The notes under the pieces: model-generated
Told to the model about the DNA's origin: nothing
Seen by the model: only the letters and a program-made list of their open reading frames with translations
Databases searched by the model: none
Translations under genes and position numbers: made by a program
Origin: Gordius albopunctatus
Lineage: Eukaryota
Length of the DNA stretch: 64,000 bases
NCBI GenBank assembly: GCA_964276515.1
Contig: OZ193909.1
Span: forward strand, 12,028,001 to 12,092,000
Direction: 5' to 3'
Shown here: piece after piece, positions 63,075-64,000 of the stretch
Position numbering within the stretch: position 1 is the stretch's first letter
Layout of the letters: each line of letters opens with the position of its first letter

Positions 63075-63950
63075 CATCTATTACTCTTTTATACTACGTA
63101 TAAACAAAGAATATTTGCTATGCAATTTATGTTGGAATCGCCATAATTGCATAGCAAATAAAATATTATTAATGGCAAAAGCTAACGCCAGTGTTTAAGC
63201 TATTGAAAGGAGGGTATTTAATAAGGGAGAATAGGGATATCTCTAGGTTAAAGATAAAGGATATAGTTTTGTGAATTAGAAATTTTTAGGAGGCGAGTTT
63301 TTTTTAATATAATAATGGGCTTGCGAAGAAACAAGCAGCAACAGGCAGTAGCTCCGCTATTGCCTGTGACCGCATACCTTAAAATGTCACAGGTATGGTA
63401 AGTATATCTCAAAAAATTTAGAGGTGCTAAATTGAAACTTTTTGAACTATATTGGCAAATGGTCATTTTTTTCCATTGGTCAGTACCAACAAAAAAGCGA
63501 AAAAAAATCGATTCACACTTTGGCCAATGGTAATTTTTTTCATTGGTCAGCAGCCAGCGGACGGCCAAAAAGCCATATTATCAATGGTATTAACGAGAAC
63601 AATATATTAATTAAATAAAAAAATTTGGCCTCTCCGAGATTCGAACCCACATCAGTAGAAGGATAGGCCTTTGTAGGGGGGGGGGGCACAGGGACTCATA
63701 TCAGTAGAAGCATAGGCCCTTGTAGGAAGGGAGGGGCACAGGGTAATTATCAATGTTAGCCAAAAAAAACGAAAAAAAATTTCGATTCACAATTTGGCCA
63801 ATTGTCATTTTTCCATTGGTCAGCAGCCAGCGGATGGCCAAAAAGCCATATTATCAATGGTATTAACAAGAACAATATATTAATTAAATAAAAAAAATTG
63901 GCCTCTCCGGGATTCGAATACACATCACGAGAGGCATAAGCTTTTGTGAG
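63075..63950 (-). mobile_element. Helentron/DINE-1-like element, copy D (incomplete in this window)
   Basis: TATACTACGTATA stem and TTTGCTATGCAATTTATG subTIR at ~63090-63131. Reverse-orientation tandem units run from 63455. A different GGTGCGGAC-repeat sequence begins at ~63950. Confidence 0.65.
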
Positions 63951-64000
63951 GTGCGGACGCGGACACGTTCGGTGTGGACGCCGTTGGTGCGGACATAACG

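Overview
AT-rich, intron-containing eukaryotic (animal-like) genomic DNA. No prokaryotic operons or CRISPR arrays are present. Host genes: (1) a 4-exon REPS/Eps15-type EH-domain gene (-, 768-1927); (2) a 3-exon cytochrome c oxidase subunit 6B gene that the ORF track misses (-, 13059-13494); (3) a 432-aa orphan ORF (-, 19002-20300); (4) a 2-exon class A neuropeptide-type GPCR with a 9.4 kb intron (+, 34091-45383). Much of the rest is transposable elements, often nested: two families of RTE-clade LINEs, a young 5'-truncated CRE-clade (RLE) retrotransposon, an ORF-intact and a decayed piggyBac, several hAT and PIF/Harbinger-type non-autonomous elements with readable TSDs, and four copies of a Helentron/DINE-1-like element with internal tandem repeats. 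The most striking observations are: the CRE insertion is flanked by a 976-bp near-perfect direct duplication in target-site-duplication geometry; two RTE copies 39 kb apart have independent TSDs and diverged ends but a near-identical 2-kb core that shares the same lethal lesions; one RTE family carries a tRNA-derived head that also occurs as a free SINE; and there is a five-level nest of elements at 49.5-61.1 kb. All alignments and counts were made by eye and should be confirmed computationally.
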